Positions 12,390 to 25,477 of a stretch of 60,728 nt of DNA are shown here, piece after piece. Location: assembly GCF_000281045.1 (NCBI RefSeq), contig NW_008246096.1:287727-348454 (forward strand), read 5' to 3'. Source of the stretch: Saprolegnia diclina VS20. Taxonomy: Eukaryota. The notes beneath the pieces are model-generated. The model was not told the DNA's origin. It saw only the letters and a program-made list of their open reading frames with translations, and did not search any database. Numbering within the stretch: the first letter of the stretch is position 1; each line of letters starts with the position of its first letter. A program made the position numbers and the translations under genes.

Positions 12390-15247
12390 ATGCCGGGTCG
12401 TCGGCTCCGGCCCAGTATCCTCGACGCCATTACGATCGTATGCTGCCTTTACGCACTGCTCGTGGCTGCCGTGCACGCGTACTTGACCGAGCTACCACAC
12501 GTTGTTGCGTTCGCGTCGCCCATCAACCCGCTCGGGTCGTCTCTCGTCTTTGCAGTTTGTGCGCTTTTGCATGCTGTGGGCGGCGTCCAGCTGTGCCGCG
12601 CGCGCGCCCGCGTCAACGACACGACGAGCCACCTCCGCTTGCTCAGGCCACTCGACACGCGCACGCAGCGACACGCCAAGTCGAGCTTCAAGTCGCCGTT
12701 CCACGAGGTCTCGCTGCGCCTTCGCAGCTTGTTTCGCCTGCGATTGCGGTCGGCCGAAGTGTCGCCCGACCTCCAAGTTATCCAAGACGATCTGCATCGC
12801 AAGACGATTGAAGCATCGACGGCAGATCCGCCGTCACGGCGACAACTGCGGTACTGGCATCTTCAGGTACGTTGCGACGGAGACGTCTGCGTCGTGTTGA
12901 ATAATAGACGTAGAGCGCTTGGGTGCGCGTCGTTATGCTGGTCGAAGGGCTCTTCAAGCGGTCTCTCTTCCAACGGCGCCTCGAGTGGGTGACTCAAGTA
13001 CTTTCCACTAGGTTTTTTGGTCCCGGCGGGCTATTCAGTCGCACGGGCCGGCTGTACGAAGTGCGCCTTCTCCTCCGCGAGGCTGTGATTTTGCCACTGC
13101 AGCTCGTTCGCGGCGTCCGGCTGAGCCATCGTATCAACAGCCCGCTCATCACGCTCTACGGCATCGTGTGGGCCTGTCACTGCATTCTCGTGCTTCCACT
13201 TGTCATGTACATATTGTCTGATAGACGGGTTGTCATGCTGTGTTTAGGTGGAACTTCTACAACTACCAGTTTGGCACCAAGCAAGAGGTGTACCGCCACC
13301 ACCGGATCCGTATTCTACTGCTCATCATCATTTTGGACTTGGTCTTGAGCGTCGTCGTGCCGATTTGTGTGTTGGTGCCCGTCGTGTACACCCTCGCACG
13401 GACGCCGCGCATGCTCGAGAACGCTCACTTTAGTATGTATGCGATTTCCGCCATTGAAGCCTTCATGGTACGAGTCGGTACTAAGTGTCTTTACTGTCAC
13501 GCGGATGCTAGGTCACGTCGGTGCTCGATTTGCTGACGTGTAGCGTACCGCTTTTGCTCATCTACTCGACGGTCCAGAGCATCCACACAAATGCCATTGG
13601 CGCCTTCTTGCATGCCAAAGTGGTAATTGGTGTGAACCCTAATCCCCGCCAAAACCCTATACTCTAGGTTATGGCGGCGTCCGTGCAAATGCGTTTCCAG
13701 CTCATTAAGAAGCTCTTTCGCATCGGCGCCTTTCGACCCGTGGCGGTGGTGCCAGGTCCGCGCTTGAGCGCCCCCGAGCTCTCGTCCAAGGTAGTACGAC
13801 TCGTGGATGCTGGTGTTGAGTGCAACACAACGTAGTGGCACCATCGCGAGTGGTGGACAACGACGCCGCAGGTGGCGCGCGCGACGCTTCCGGCATCTTA
13901 TTTTGATCAACATGTAGGAGACAACACGGCGCTGGGCCGAGAAGGTTCTCCGGGGCTCACTCGCTGCGCGCCGCAAGACATCGCTCTCGCTGCTGGCGAT
14001 TCCGCAGCCACGACGCCCGTATGTCCTTGGTCTAGTGTTGGCTGGCGTTATTGGCACGAGTTGTGGTCTCCTGGCGCTCCTCGTACGCACCTGTGCATCG
14101 ATATGACATGGTGACGCTACGGTGCGTAGACCATTATTCAAGCCGTTCCGAGTGATGCCTGCTCGCTTCCTCTGAATACATCGATCGTGACGTGTCACGA
14201 TGCTTTGCGGCCGTGGACGCTTGCTCCCTCGACGGCGCAGTCATGCTACTGCCAAGTCATTCGCATTGACTGCACGGCGCTGCCACGTAGGTCGCGGCTC
14301 GAAAGGTCGGACGACTAATTTTTGGTGGCGTAGTGTCGCAGCTCGGCGCGTTTTACACCACCCTCGATGCCTTTCTGAGCACGTACCCCGCCGAGTATGT
14401 CAACATGATGACATTCACCAACTGCTCGATGACGGCACCACACCGCGTGCCGTCGTCGCTTGAGCGCTTCAGCAACCTCTGGTTTCTTCATCTCGACGGC
14501 GCGTCCTTGCACAACTCGGACAGACTGCCGTCGCTCACCGCCTTTCCCAAGCTCTTGTGCGCCCAATCTGTCATCAAGATAGACGAGGGTTTTCATGTCG
14601 CATGATTAGGTACCTCGCGCTGCGGAACCAAGCATGGACGCAGCTGCCCACCGCGCTCTCGGTACTACCGCCGCACTTGTCCGGCCTTGCGCTTTGCGGC
14701 AGCCCGCTCACTGAGCCGTGGCCACCTTGGGTCAGCACGACATGGCTCAACCTCTCGCTTCTATCCCTTGTCGCGTGCGAGCTCACGAGTGTGCCGGCGC
14801 CCGTCGTGGCTCTAGACCGCCTCGCATCGCTCGACTTGACGGGAAATGCACTCGCTGCGCTGCCACCGCTGTCGGTGAGCAACTCGAAAGAGGAAGACGC
14901 ACCTCCTTATACATTGGTATTAGACAGCAACGTGGCCGCAGCTCAGCACTCTGAACCTCGGCGGCAATCGGCTCACGGTGATCCCAGACGCACTGTGGTC
15001 GCTCCCGCAGCTCTCGACGCTCACGCTGGCGGCCAACCGGCTCGTCAACTGCAGTGCACCGCGTCGACCTCTTGCGCTCTACACCCTCGACGCCAACCCG
15101 TGCTGCCATGCGAAACCGTTGGAGACCTGCTTGACGAGTTGCGCGCCACTTTGCGATCCGCAGCGGCTGGCGTCGTCCGTGTGCTCCCCGTATTGCAACA
15201 CTGTGGTGTGTCGTCTTCAGTCTGCGACCTCGTGTGGCGGAGATTAA
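12390..15247 (+). CDS. Multi-pass TM + Cys-rich + LRR + LNR-like protein, array copy 3
   Basis: MPGRRLRPSILDAITIVCCLY; RFFGPGGLFSRTGRLYEVR; WNFYNY; ALRPWTLAPSTAQSCYC; LDLTGNALAALP; LDANPCC..CAPLCD..VCSPYCN. Confidence 0.8.
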
Positions 15248-15406
15248 AGCTGGAAAAAGTAACATGATAGAGAATCGAAACACAATCTTCACGACGCCGC
15301 GTCATGGCCCTGGACATCGTGAGATGCCGTGCGACAGTCGCAAGTGTCCACTTTGTGTAGACCGTTAACACCCCAGTGGTGTGTCCTTTTAATTTGTTGA
15401 CGTTTC

Positions 15407-18009
15407 ATGCACGAGAAGGGCGGGCAGCGACGGCTGAGCAGAGTCAGCGAGCTCGACGTGATTGGGGCCGTGTGCTGCCTCTATGCTGTGTGCATTGCAA
15501 GTGCCCACGCTCTCTTGTACGACTCGGTGCCATTCCGCCTCGTGGCACCGGCGACCAACCCGCTCGCGACAGCTGCCGTCCTCCTCAGTGTCGCCGTCCT
15601 CCATCTCTTTGGCCTCTACCAGCTCGCCCGCTCGCGAAGCGGCCTCAACGACATCATTTCGCGCATGCGTTCGATGCGCCAGCTACCACCCTCGCGACAC
15701 AGCCGCAGTCGCAGCCACATGTCATCTCGATCGTCGGTCGCGCCCCGGTTCCAAGACCAGGGGGACGACGTGCATGACTGGCACATTGTGCGGCACAATA
15801 TCGCTGCTGGGTTGGCGGCCCATGGATGCGCGGGCACGCGACGAAGCATCCGCCTCCAGCACCTCCACGTCAAGGTACTTCTCTACTGCCCGCTTGTTGA
15901 GACGTACTAACGACGGCCTAGATGACGGTCGTGACGGTGGCAATGACGGCCGACAAATACTTTCAACGGTACTACGCTGCATTCCTTGTACTCTGACAGA
16001 CTACCGAGTCGCATTAGGTTTTTGGGCAAGAAAGGGCTCTTTAGCCAAAATGGCGCGCTCTACGAGCTCCGACTGCTCGCGCGCGAAGTTGTGATTGTAC
16101 CAATTCAGTTTCTGCGCGGGTACAAGCTCAGCAGCCACGTCGAGTCGGCGTGGGTTGTTGTCTACGGCGTCGTGCTGGCTATACAATGGCTCGTGGTGCC
16201 CCCGCTCTTGGCGTAGGACCCATACCTTTTCACTCCCATTTGAGCACATATTAGGTGGAATTTCTACTCGGTGCACGCGTCGGGCGACAAGCGCGACCAG
16301 ATCCAAGCGGGTCGGATCCGCATTTTGCTCTTACTTTTGGCCTTTGACCTTGTTCTTGGCGTCGCGATCCCCGTGCTACTACTTGGACCGAGCGTCATGC
16401 ATTTGGTGCGCGGAGACGTGGCAGACGCGCCGACCATCGAGCACGTGCACGACCTCTCGGTCGCTCGCGCTCTTGTCGTAATCGCCCTACTCTCGATGAA
16501 GTGGTGTTTGAACCTGAACCAGATAGGGTCGGTTCTCGATCTTGTTTCGGCCACCATCACGCTCGGCGTGATCTACTGGACGCTGCAGAGTGTCTGCGCC
16601 GTTCGCCGACGCGCCTTCTTGAAGGAGAATATTGTAAGCATATTCGCAGACAGAGTGTGCATTCCAAGCGTCTGTAGACGGTGGCAGCCAAGATGCCAGC
16701 ACCATCGACGCGGTCCCGTCGTTCGACGCGCTTCAAGGTACACATGATGATCCCGTGTCAACGCAGGCATCCACACCGTGTCTAGTCGCGCATGAGCAAG
16801 GCGTCCGTGGCGCCGACGACGCCCGTTGGCAGCAAGGCCTCTGTCTCGCCCACAATCTACGATCTTCCAGCGTTCCACGCCTTTGCTCGGCAGGAAGCGC
16901 GTGCACATGCCTGCCGCCGACGGCTCTTCCAAGGCATGCTGGCGTTCTCAACGCTGCTTGCCGCGGCGCTCCTTCTGGTGCCAACCTTTGCCGATACCAA
17001 ACTTGCGTTGATGATCCTTGTGTACAGGTTGTCTTACGAGCCGCGCTGCCCTGCAAAACGACACCCCATTCGAAGATGACCTGCACGAGCTTTGTGCGGC
17101 CGTGGCATGTTCAGCCTCTCTTCTCCCAGCGCTGCGAGTGCAAGCTACTCTCGGCCGCGTGTGCAAGCATGGGTACGTCCGTCTACCTGCATTGTTCGAG
17201 TGGTCACCGTCCAAGGGCTATAGATGCCACGCACGACAGCAACAACATCAGCGATTTTTTGCTCTCGCATGCCGCGCAGTCGATCAACGCTCTCTCACTG
17301 ACCAACTGCTCGCAGCAGCATACGCCGGCCATCGTCGCGGGCGTCGAGCAGCTGCCGTCGCTCTGGTATCTCTCGCTCATACATTGCCACGAAGACGTGG
17401 ACACGATGGAGTTCAATTTGACGCACTTGACCACCCTCGTGTATGCGATCGATGGTGAGACGCTGCATTGAACCGCGGTTAGGTACCTCGCGCTGCATGG
17501 CAGTGTCTTCACTGCGCTTCCGTTGTCGCTGCGAGAGCTCCCGCCGCTCGTCTCGACATTGGACCTGTCCATGACCGACTGGAGCCAAGTCGAGTGGCCG
17601 GTGTGGGTGCCTTCGGCGTGGGGCAACCTGCGGCACATTTGCCTCGCCGCCTGTCATTTGTCGTCGCTGCCATGGCCGCTGCTACACCTCTCGAGCCTCA
17701 TTACGCTCGATGTCTCGTTCAACCAGATGACGACGATACCGCTTCTCAATGTTCTGCTGTGCATATTGATGGAGCAAAGACTCAAGCGTCTCGGTGTAGG
17801 GGACAACATGGCCGCGCTTGACGCAGCTGGACCTCGGCAACAACGCACTAGTGGCGGCTCCGCTCGGCGTGTGGTCGCTACCGCAGCTCGAGTCGCTCGT
17901 CTTGACCAACAACGCACTCGGGCTCTGCCCATGGCCCGCGCGCTATCAGCAGCAACTCGTGCTTACTGGCAACCCGTGCTGCGACAAGACGACGTCCCCG
18001 TTCTGTTAA
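15407..18009 (+). CDS. Multi-pass TM + Cys-rich + LRR protein, array copy 4 (C-terminal Cys module shortened)
   Basis: MHEKGGQRRLSRVSELDVIGAVCCLY; RFLGKKGLFSQNGALYELR; WNFYSV; FVRPWHVQPLFSQRCEC; LDVSFNQM, LDLGNNAL; ends LTGNPCCDKTTSPFC*. Confidence 0.75.
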
Positions 18010-18360
18010 CTAACACCAAGCACACCCCACACCCATCGATCGCACCGCCCTCGCTACGCAACGACATTGCCCAACCGTCTCCGCGGCTTAGCCTTCGTCC
18101 CATTTAGCAATAGAGACAAGTTGTCTGCACTAGCCTGAGACAACTAACTTTCACACCAACTTCGTGTGCGTAGTCGACTCCACACTCTGCTATTGGTAAT
18201 GCAGTAGCATCGTCGATCGCATCTTTTAACATACATGAACAGCGGAACCACTCGAGATGAGACTCTAGTTCAAGGAAGCCCTCTCGTGCTTCTCGTTAGT
18301 CAGTTGGTCATGGACTGAGATAGACGAACCGTTTCATTGGACTGCGCAATCTGTAGCAGC

Positions 18361-20442
18361 ATGTCGAAGGACCCGCATGCGCTCGACCATCAGCTCATGG
18401 CGCTCGAGCGCGACGACGGGCGCCGCCACCAAGAAGAGGTCACCAAGAAGCTCGATTCGATCGGGAAGCAGCTCGCCGAGATGCAGGAGAAGAACAAGCA
18501 GCTCGAGAACGAGGTGTCTCTTCCATCTCTGTGGCCTTTGGCAACCATTCGAGTTAGTTGGAGTTCGACTCGCGGAATACGCGCAAAGATCCCTACTACA
18601 ACGCCGTGTCGGCCGACGAGATGGCCCATGTGCAAACCGAAGGTCTCCATAGCATGTCGATCGCCGTCGCGCTCAGATCTGAATGACTAGGCAACAAGTA
18701 CACGCGCATGATTGAGATTGAGCGTCGCAAGATTGCTCAGCACGACCTCGCGATCCAGGACTGCGAGCGCATCTTGGCCGAGCAAAAGCTCTCGCTTGGG
18801 CACGGTACCGCCATGGAGCTCAGCGAGGTCAACCTCGTCAACAAGATCAAGTTGATACAACCCTCGTCGACACCACCTCAAACGTCATCACTGGCATAGA
18901 AAGATGGAGACGGAGATCGACCGCAAAATGGTGCGCTTCAACGCCAAGCTCGCGGCCAACAAGGCGCTGCGCCAAACACTCGACATCAAGCGGGCCGAGC
19001 GCGCGACCGCCGACGTGCTCTACGCCAAGATCGAACACGACGTGTTCCAGCGAACCTTTGACATCCAAGCCCAGGTTCTAGCGTCCACTTCTTGAAATCG
19101 CAACATGCTCTTGTAGACCAAGGAGGTCGAGCGCATGCGGGAGCAGGTGCAAGCCAAAGTCGCCGAGCTCGAATCGCTCAAAAGCGAGACCGACGCGTAC
19201 GAAAAGCTCTGCGAAGACAAGGCGACCGTGATCCTCAAGGTAAGAACATTGGACAAGAAGACAACTTGTCCAACATCCACTAGGACCTCAAACACCGGGC
19301 CGCGGAGACCATGACCAACTCGCTCGACGACAATGCGGTCGCGTCGCCGAAGAAATACCTCAACCCGGGCAACGACAAGACGCTGATCGAGGAGAAGCTC
19401 AACAAATCCAAGCTCACGCGCAGTCGCTGGAAAAGCATTCAGGAAAAAGTTACGTCGGAATTGTCGATTCAAAAGTACAACGAAAACCGCGATTTCATCG
19501 AAAAGATCCACGAAGTCGCAGGTACAATATTGTCTTCTTCTGCGAGGACACTTTGTACGTTGCCCAGGCACGAAATCGGTCGTCGACGTCATCGAAGCAT
19601 TTACGACGCAAGAACTCGAGCACTTTGCCAAAGTGCAGTACGTCAACCGACTCGCCGAAGACATTGAGATCCATCGCGCCCAGTGCGCCAAGCTGCGCGA
19701 AGAAATCGCCAAGTACGTCGGCGTCCGCCGTCATATAACGTCATACCCGTGTCGCTAGAATGAAGATGCGCAATGACGCGGTCGACGTGCAAAAGCTACA
19801 GCGCAACAAGACGCTCAAGACCCGCCAAGAGGTTGCGCATTCCATTCAAAGAAGAGCTCGAAAAGAGCAGCGCTGCCTGTAGAAAGCTGCCGAGCAGGAA
19901 GCGCGGCTCGTCGAAAAGACGCTCGAAATTCAACAAACGATGACTGTGCTCAAGCCCGCGCTCATCGCGCTGCATGTGCGCATCGGCTGCAAGGAAAATC
20001 AAGGTACACCGTGGCATTGAACCCTTAGTTGGATCGTCGTCATTCACGGGAGTATGTAGAGGACAAAGGGCTCCACTCGGTGCTGGGCGAAATCGAGCAA
20101 AAGATGGTCGAGCTGCTCCAAACACTGCACACGAAAACGATTGAGAAGCAGAAAGAGGGCGAGGCGAGCAATGTGCCAGCCATGCGACTGGGCCGGGGCA
20201 TCAGCGTCTCGGCCGTCGCGCGGTCGCTCATGTCCCAGGGGCTGCCCCCCGAGCCCCTCATCCTCGGCAAGACCGAGCAACCGTATCGCTACGGCGGTGT
20301 CAAGCCTCCGACCATGACGCTCCATGAGATGCACCGCAAGGAGGCGGCGGAAGAAGAGTACCCGCTGACTTATGACGAGCTCAAGTCCAAAGTCTGGAAG
20401 CGGGATACCAAGCCGGCCGACTCGGCCCCCGCCAACAAGTAG
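18361..20442 (+). CDS. Outer dynein arm docking complex coiled-coil protein (CCDC63/CCDC114/ODA1-like), multi-exon
   Basis: Long heptad-rich exons including KMETEIDRKMVRFNAKLAANKALRQTLDIKRAERATADVLYAKIE, and a C-terminal EEEYPLTYDELKSKV, resembling the ODA-DC subunit family. Confidence 0.7.
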
Positions 20443-20676
20443 TCATACAACGACGACTAATGAATCGACGAGCGACTAGACCGATATTATGTGATACGTG
20501 GTGCGTATTGTCATTGACGTATTGTGTGTCCTTTTTGTGCTTTGGCGTCGTACCATAGACAACTTGTCCACGAGGCGTATTTCTTTGCTCGACCAATCCG
20601 ATGCGATTGACGAAATGTATTTTAGCCAATCATCGTCTGCCAGATACGCGGGTTTCGCCAGTCGGGCCAATTGGAA

Positions 20677-21936
20677 ATGGGCGCGTTCCAGAACTGCGAG
20701 GCCTGCACGACTGCCGAGCCGACGACCGAGGCCCCGGCCGTGACGCCTTCGACGCCCAAGCCGTCGCCGACCGACGAGGTGCCGCCGGTCACGGTAGCGC
20801 CGCCCGCCGAGCTGGCCGAGGCCATCGTCGGCGCCATCGCGGCGACAGTGGCCGTCGAGACCGTGGCGCACGTGCAGCAGCAGGCCATCCAGGCGCCAGT
20901 CGCAACTGCAGCGGTTGCCGAAGCGGTCGAAATGATCAAGGATGCGCTCGTGTCGGAGGTCGTGCCCATGACCAACAAGAAGCTCTTCACGCTGACTTCG
21001 GTACAGCGCTCGCAAGCCGTACCGCCTCCTCCTACCTCTCTGCGCTAGGTCATGTACGAAGCCGACGATCCGTTTGGGAGTCTCGCCGCACTCGTGACGC
21101 TATCGCCCGTGTAGGCTACTGCACCATGTATGCCATTGAGACTCATGCGTTCGATAGGTTCATCATGGTCATGTATGCCACGCTCATCGTGTTCCAGCGC
21201 GACTTGCACGTGATCTGCATGCTTCTGGGCCAAGTACACACCTCTTCCCGCTTGCAGAGACTTATGCTGCCAACCGTAGATGGTCAATGAGGTTGTCAAC
21301 CAAATTCTCAAGCGCACGATCGACCAAAAGCGTCCTGATGGTACATATTCACCTCCAAAGGGCAGCCCCATCGATGCGAGCGTAGGTGCCGAAATGCACG
21401 ACGCTGGCATGCCCTCGGCGCATGCCCAGTTCATGGCCTTCTTTGCGACCTACGTCGTGCTGTACACGTCCAACCGGTACCTCGTCGGTGTCGTCGGCGT
21501 TGTCCTTATGTCGTCCACTAGCATGAGCAAGCGAAGAGAGTGGGAACACAAGGCAGCGATGGTTGGCATCGTCGCGCTGGCGTTCCTCTGCTGCATCTCT
21601 CGGTACGCCTCCACTGGTCGAGCAAACATGATATTCACATGAGCAGAATTCGACTCGGCTACCACAGCTACGCCCAGGTCGTCGTCGGCGTCGCCGTCGG
21701 TGCGGGTGTCGGTATCCTCTGGTACATTTGCATGGAGCGCGTACGTCCAGACTGTGCATGTGGTGCATGTACAATCTGGCCGCGTGTAGATTCTGGAGCC
21801 CCTCTTTCCGACGATTGCCGCCCACAAGTGGGCGCAAGAGCTCTTTGTGCGCGACTGCTCGCACATTCCAGACATGGTGCAGTTCCAGTACGACGCGATC
21901 CAGAACAAGAAGACCCAGACAAAGTACTCGATGTAG
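20677..21936 (+). CDS. DOLPP1: Dolichyl-diphosphate phosphatase (PAP2 superfamily)
   Basis: Spliced exons give LFTLTS|VMYEADDPFGSLAALVTLSP, ILKRTIDQKRP, GMPSAHAQFMAFF, SRIRLGYHSYAQVVVG and FVRD, i.e. all three PAP2 motifs in the DOLPP1/Cwh8 context. The Ala/Pro/Thr-rich N-terminal extension makes the start uncertain. Confidence 0.85.
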
Positions 21937-21939
21937 AAT

Positions 21940-24577
21940 CTATCTCTCGATAGCCTTTGGTATCCACGACGCCGCGATCGCTGTCACTTGGAACGACCGG
22001 CGGACTGCAGCGACCACGACAACGTCCAATGCCTCTGGCTGCACACTCACGCGCATGCCGTACATGGTCTTGAGTGCTGTCGCAAGCCGCTTGAGCGCTG
22101 TGGTGTCCTCCATCGTGGGCGAAGGGACACTCAGCCGGCGGCCGTCGCTCGACCACGAGAGACGGGCCACGGGCGCTTGTACGACACGGCTCCACGCTGC
22201 GCGCACATGCGCGAGGATCTCAGCATCAAACACTTGTTGGCTCAGCGATGGCAGCACAGCGATTGACGAAGTCGCGTGGACGGCCACGGGCACCGACGTT
22301 GACGGTAGCGCGCTCACGTCGACCGTTGACGTGACGACGACGACGATGTTGGTGATGGCGTTGAGTGTCGACCCAAGGAGGGTCTCGACACTAGAAGACA
22401 CCTTGTGCATTAGCTAGAGACGCGAAAGAGGATACCAACCTTGCGGACCACGGAATGCGCGTATCGAGCTCCGTGTCAAAGTTGAGACCGAGCCCCTCGA
22501 GCTGCTCTACAAGACCCGGCGGGGCATGGACAGCGAGGTGGTTGCCCCGCTCGGCCACGCGTTCGAGGGTCGAGATGACGGCGTCGATGTCGGAAACCGT
22601 GTCAAATGCGCTGTGCAGAAGCGTGAGCTGGCGATGCCGACGCGCCTCGGGCACGCCCGCGGGCACATCGAGCACCTGTGGCTTGGCCCAGCGCGGCCCC
22701 GACCGCGGGCGCAAGGCCAGCCCAACCACGCCGTCCAAGATGAGATTGTCGCTGCTGACGTCGACGATCGACGCGTTGGGATCGGCCAACAACTCGTTCG
22801 AATAGACAGCCGAGACCTCGGGCACAAACGAGACGGTGACGTGCAGCACGCGCTGGCCCTCGGTCGGCAACGGCGGCGACGCCCACTCGACGCGGACGCA
22901 GTGGCCCTTGCTGTCTGCGTACTCGGCGAGCACGCGGAGGCGGACATGCGCGCCCAGCGGCAGACCGTTGGTGTACGCGATCGTTGGCTGAAACGCCAGC
23001 GTCATGTGCTCGGCCACGACATTCGTGTGCTTGGGCGAGAACCGCGCGAGGAGCTTGGCCTTGGACGCTGGCGTCAGAAACACCGCTGCGATGTACACAT
23101 CATTGGTCTCGGTCAGCAAGAGCGGCAGCGCCGTGCGGTTGTCACGGGTGGTAAAGACGGGCGGCAAGAGCAAGAGAGACGTCAACGGGTGCGCATGGAC
23201 CTCCCATCGCTGGTGCATGCGCGCAATCACGTCGAACGACACGCCGTGCGAGTTGCGGTACATCATGCGTTGGGCCATGGCCATGTCGTCGCACTGGACT
23301 TCGAGCACCGTGACAGCGTACGCTGCCTCCAGCGCGCCTAATGCCAATCTGAGTTCTTATGGTAGTATCAAGTTGATACCGTACCCGTCACGTACGCTTC
23401 GTACTCCCACAGCTGCGAATGCGTGTTGTCGACGACGATGACGGCGACCTTGTCGGCCAGCGCGGCCATGAACGCAGCTTTGCACGCGTCATGAGCCTCA
23501 CCGAGCTTGCTCTTCTCGTAGTAATAGCCTCCGGGTGACTCGAAACAGAGATCCGCGCTGCACAGTACGCTGGATGCGGTAGCTGCCGTCGCCTACCCCA
23601 AAATGAGCTGGGCGCGCATGGTTGCTGAGAGGACCATAGATAGAACACGCCGGCTGAGCGTACTCTTGCCACTGCCGGGGAGACCGCGCAAGATAATGAC
23701 TTGATGACCTGTGAACGAGACGTGCGCTGCGATTTGCGACCCGATGGCATCGTCGTCAACAGACGCGGGCGAGGGGCCCTTGCGCAGGATCGAAAGGGTC
23801 GCATCTGGCGTCGTGAGCATCAAGGTTGAGAGCGTCACTGCCGTCGTGAATGGCTGCCGGTTCGTATCTTGGATCTCGTCCTGGAGAGTTTTGCGCGGCA
23901 ATGTCTCGTCGAGCGCCCACAGAACGGCGTCGCGCGGGCCCTTCTTGCCGAGCTCGCACTTGAGACTCGACTTGATACCGAGGCTCTGGAGCTTGAGCAG
24001 CAGTGTATTGCCCGTCTAAACAGAATACACGCCTGATACTTGAGAACGCTGTTGGGACAGCATACCTTGGCCAAGAAGGTCTTGAAGGTGTCCGAGAACT
24101 GCAGCGTGAGGCTCAGTCGCTTGCCAGCTACGTTGGGCGAGTTTTGCACTTGGAGCCGACAGCTTGCGTCGATGGCGGGCGTCGGCATGGCGTAGCTTGC
24201 AAAGAGCGATTGCATGGCGTGGAGCTGCGTGTCCGAGCCCACGTCGGCCTCGACAAGGACGATGGCCGGTGTCACGGCCAAGTCGTCGCTCCATGTCGTC
24301 GTTGTCTGCCACTGCTTTCTCACTACACACATATCAGTGATGCATATCTCGACTTGGGAGAGCGACAATGCGCACCTGAGCTGGCGTAGGCGATGAGTGC
24401 CGGATCGTCCAAGCGTAGCTGTAGCCAGCGAGCAATAAGCATGAGCCTAGGTCCGCTGCCGAGACGTACCTGGACGTACACGCGCTGCTTGGCCGGTTCG
24501 TTGGGCGCCGCGACAGCTGGTTGCTCTACGCTGCCCGACCGAGCCTTCTTCGCCTCGCGCTTGCCGCCTTTTGCCAT
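21940..24577 (-). CDS. Multi-domain protein: N4BP2/CNPase-like P-loop polynucleotide kinase + 2H phosphoesterase + uncharacterised N- and C-terminal regions
   Basis: VIILRGLPGSGKST, CSAD.CF, KLGEAHDAC, IVVDNTHSQLWEY, RNSHGVSFDVIARMHQRWE (AAA_33-type kinase), followed by two HxT motifs (EHMTLAF, LHVTVSF). Start MAKGGKREAKK at 24577. Confidence 0.75.
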
Positions 24578-24925
24578 CCTCGTCTGGTGTCGTCCTGCGC
24601 GAATCTGAAATCTGACCGTCCACTGCCGTGGATTGCACATGACGCACTGATTAAGGTAATTATTAATAGTGTTAAGCAACGGGCCCTTTGGCTACTGCAG
24701 ACGCAAGCGTGGACGACCGTAGCGACACTCGGTTTCCTTCAAAGTGAGTACTGGCAACTGTCGCATCGGTGCGTACATGTCGGCGTCTTTGTGGGGCTGG
24801 GGCACCGCCATAGAACACGGAGTCCATTTGAGCAACACTATTTGAAGAAAACACTATACAGGTAATTTGGCACGACCAGCACTCAGTGTCGGCGCAGCGC
24901 CAGTCAGATTCGGAGGCCGCGAGTG

Positions 24926-25446
24926 ATGTTTGACGAAGACAGCGATGGCATGAGCGACGGTGGCGTCGTCGACGACCGCGTCTGGATGGAGAAGGAGTCG
25001 CTCGCCATGGAGCGCCGGTCACGCACGGTACCACAGCCTCCTATGGCCATTCTGCAACCTCTTTGTAGGTCGGCTTCCGTGAAGGGATCGACGTCGGGAA
25101 GGAGCAGATGTTGCAGGAGGGCTTTGACCACGGCTACAAGGCTGGCGCCGCCAAGGGCTTTGAGATGGGCACGCTGCATGGCATTCTGCGGTTCGAACGC
25201 ACCACGTACCGCCACGTCATGACTTTGCACTTTCTACGTAGCGCGTTCAAGCATCAGTTTCCCGCCGACCATCCAGCGATGGCCGCGGTGCTTGCGCTAG
25301 CCGCCGAGCTCAAGGCGTCCGAGGAAGCCGCCGTGACGGCCGGTGATATCCCGGCTGCCTCGTCCAACCAGGAAGCGGCCGTGCTTGCTGCAGTCCCGCT
25401 CCCGCTCCCGCACGCGCCATCGACCAACGACGCACACAAGGAATAG
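24926..25446 (+). CDS. YAE1: Yae1 family protein (2 introns)
   Basis: ERRSRT|VGFREGIDVGKEQMLQEGFDHGYKAGAAKGFEMGTLHGIL shows the deca-GX3 motif of Yae1. Confidence 0.75.
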
Positions 25447-25477
25447 CATTAAGAACAGAATAAGAACGACCGAACGA

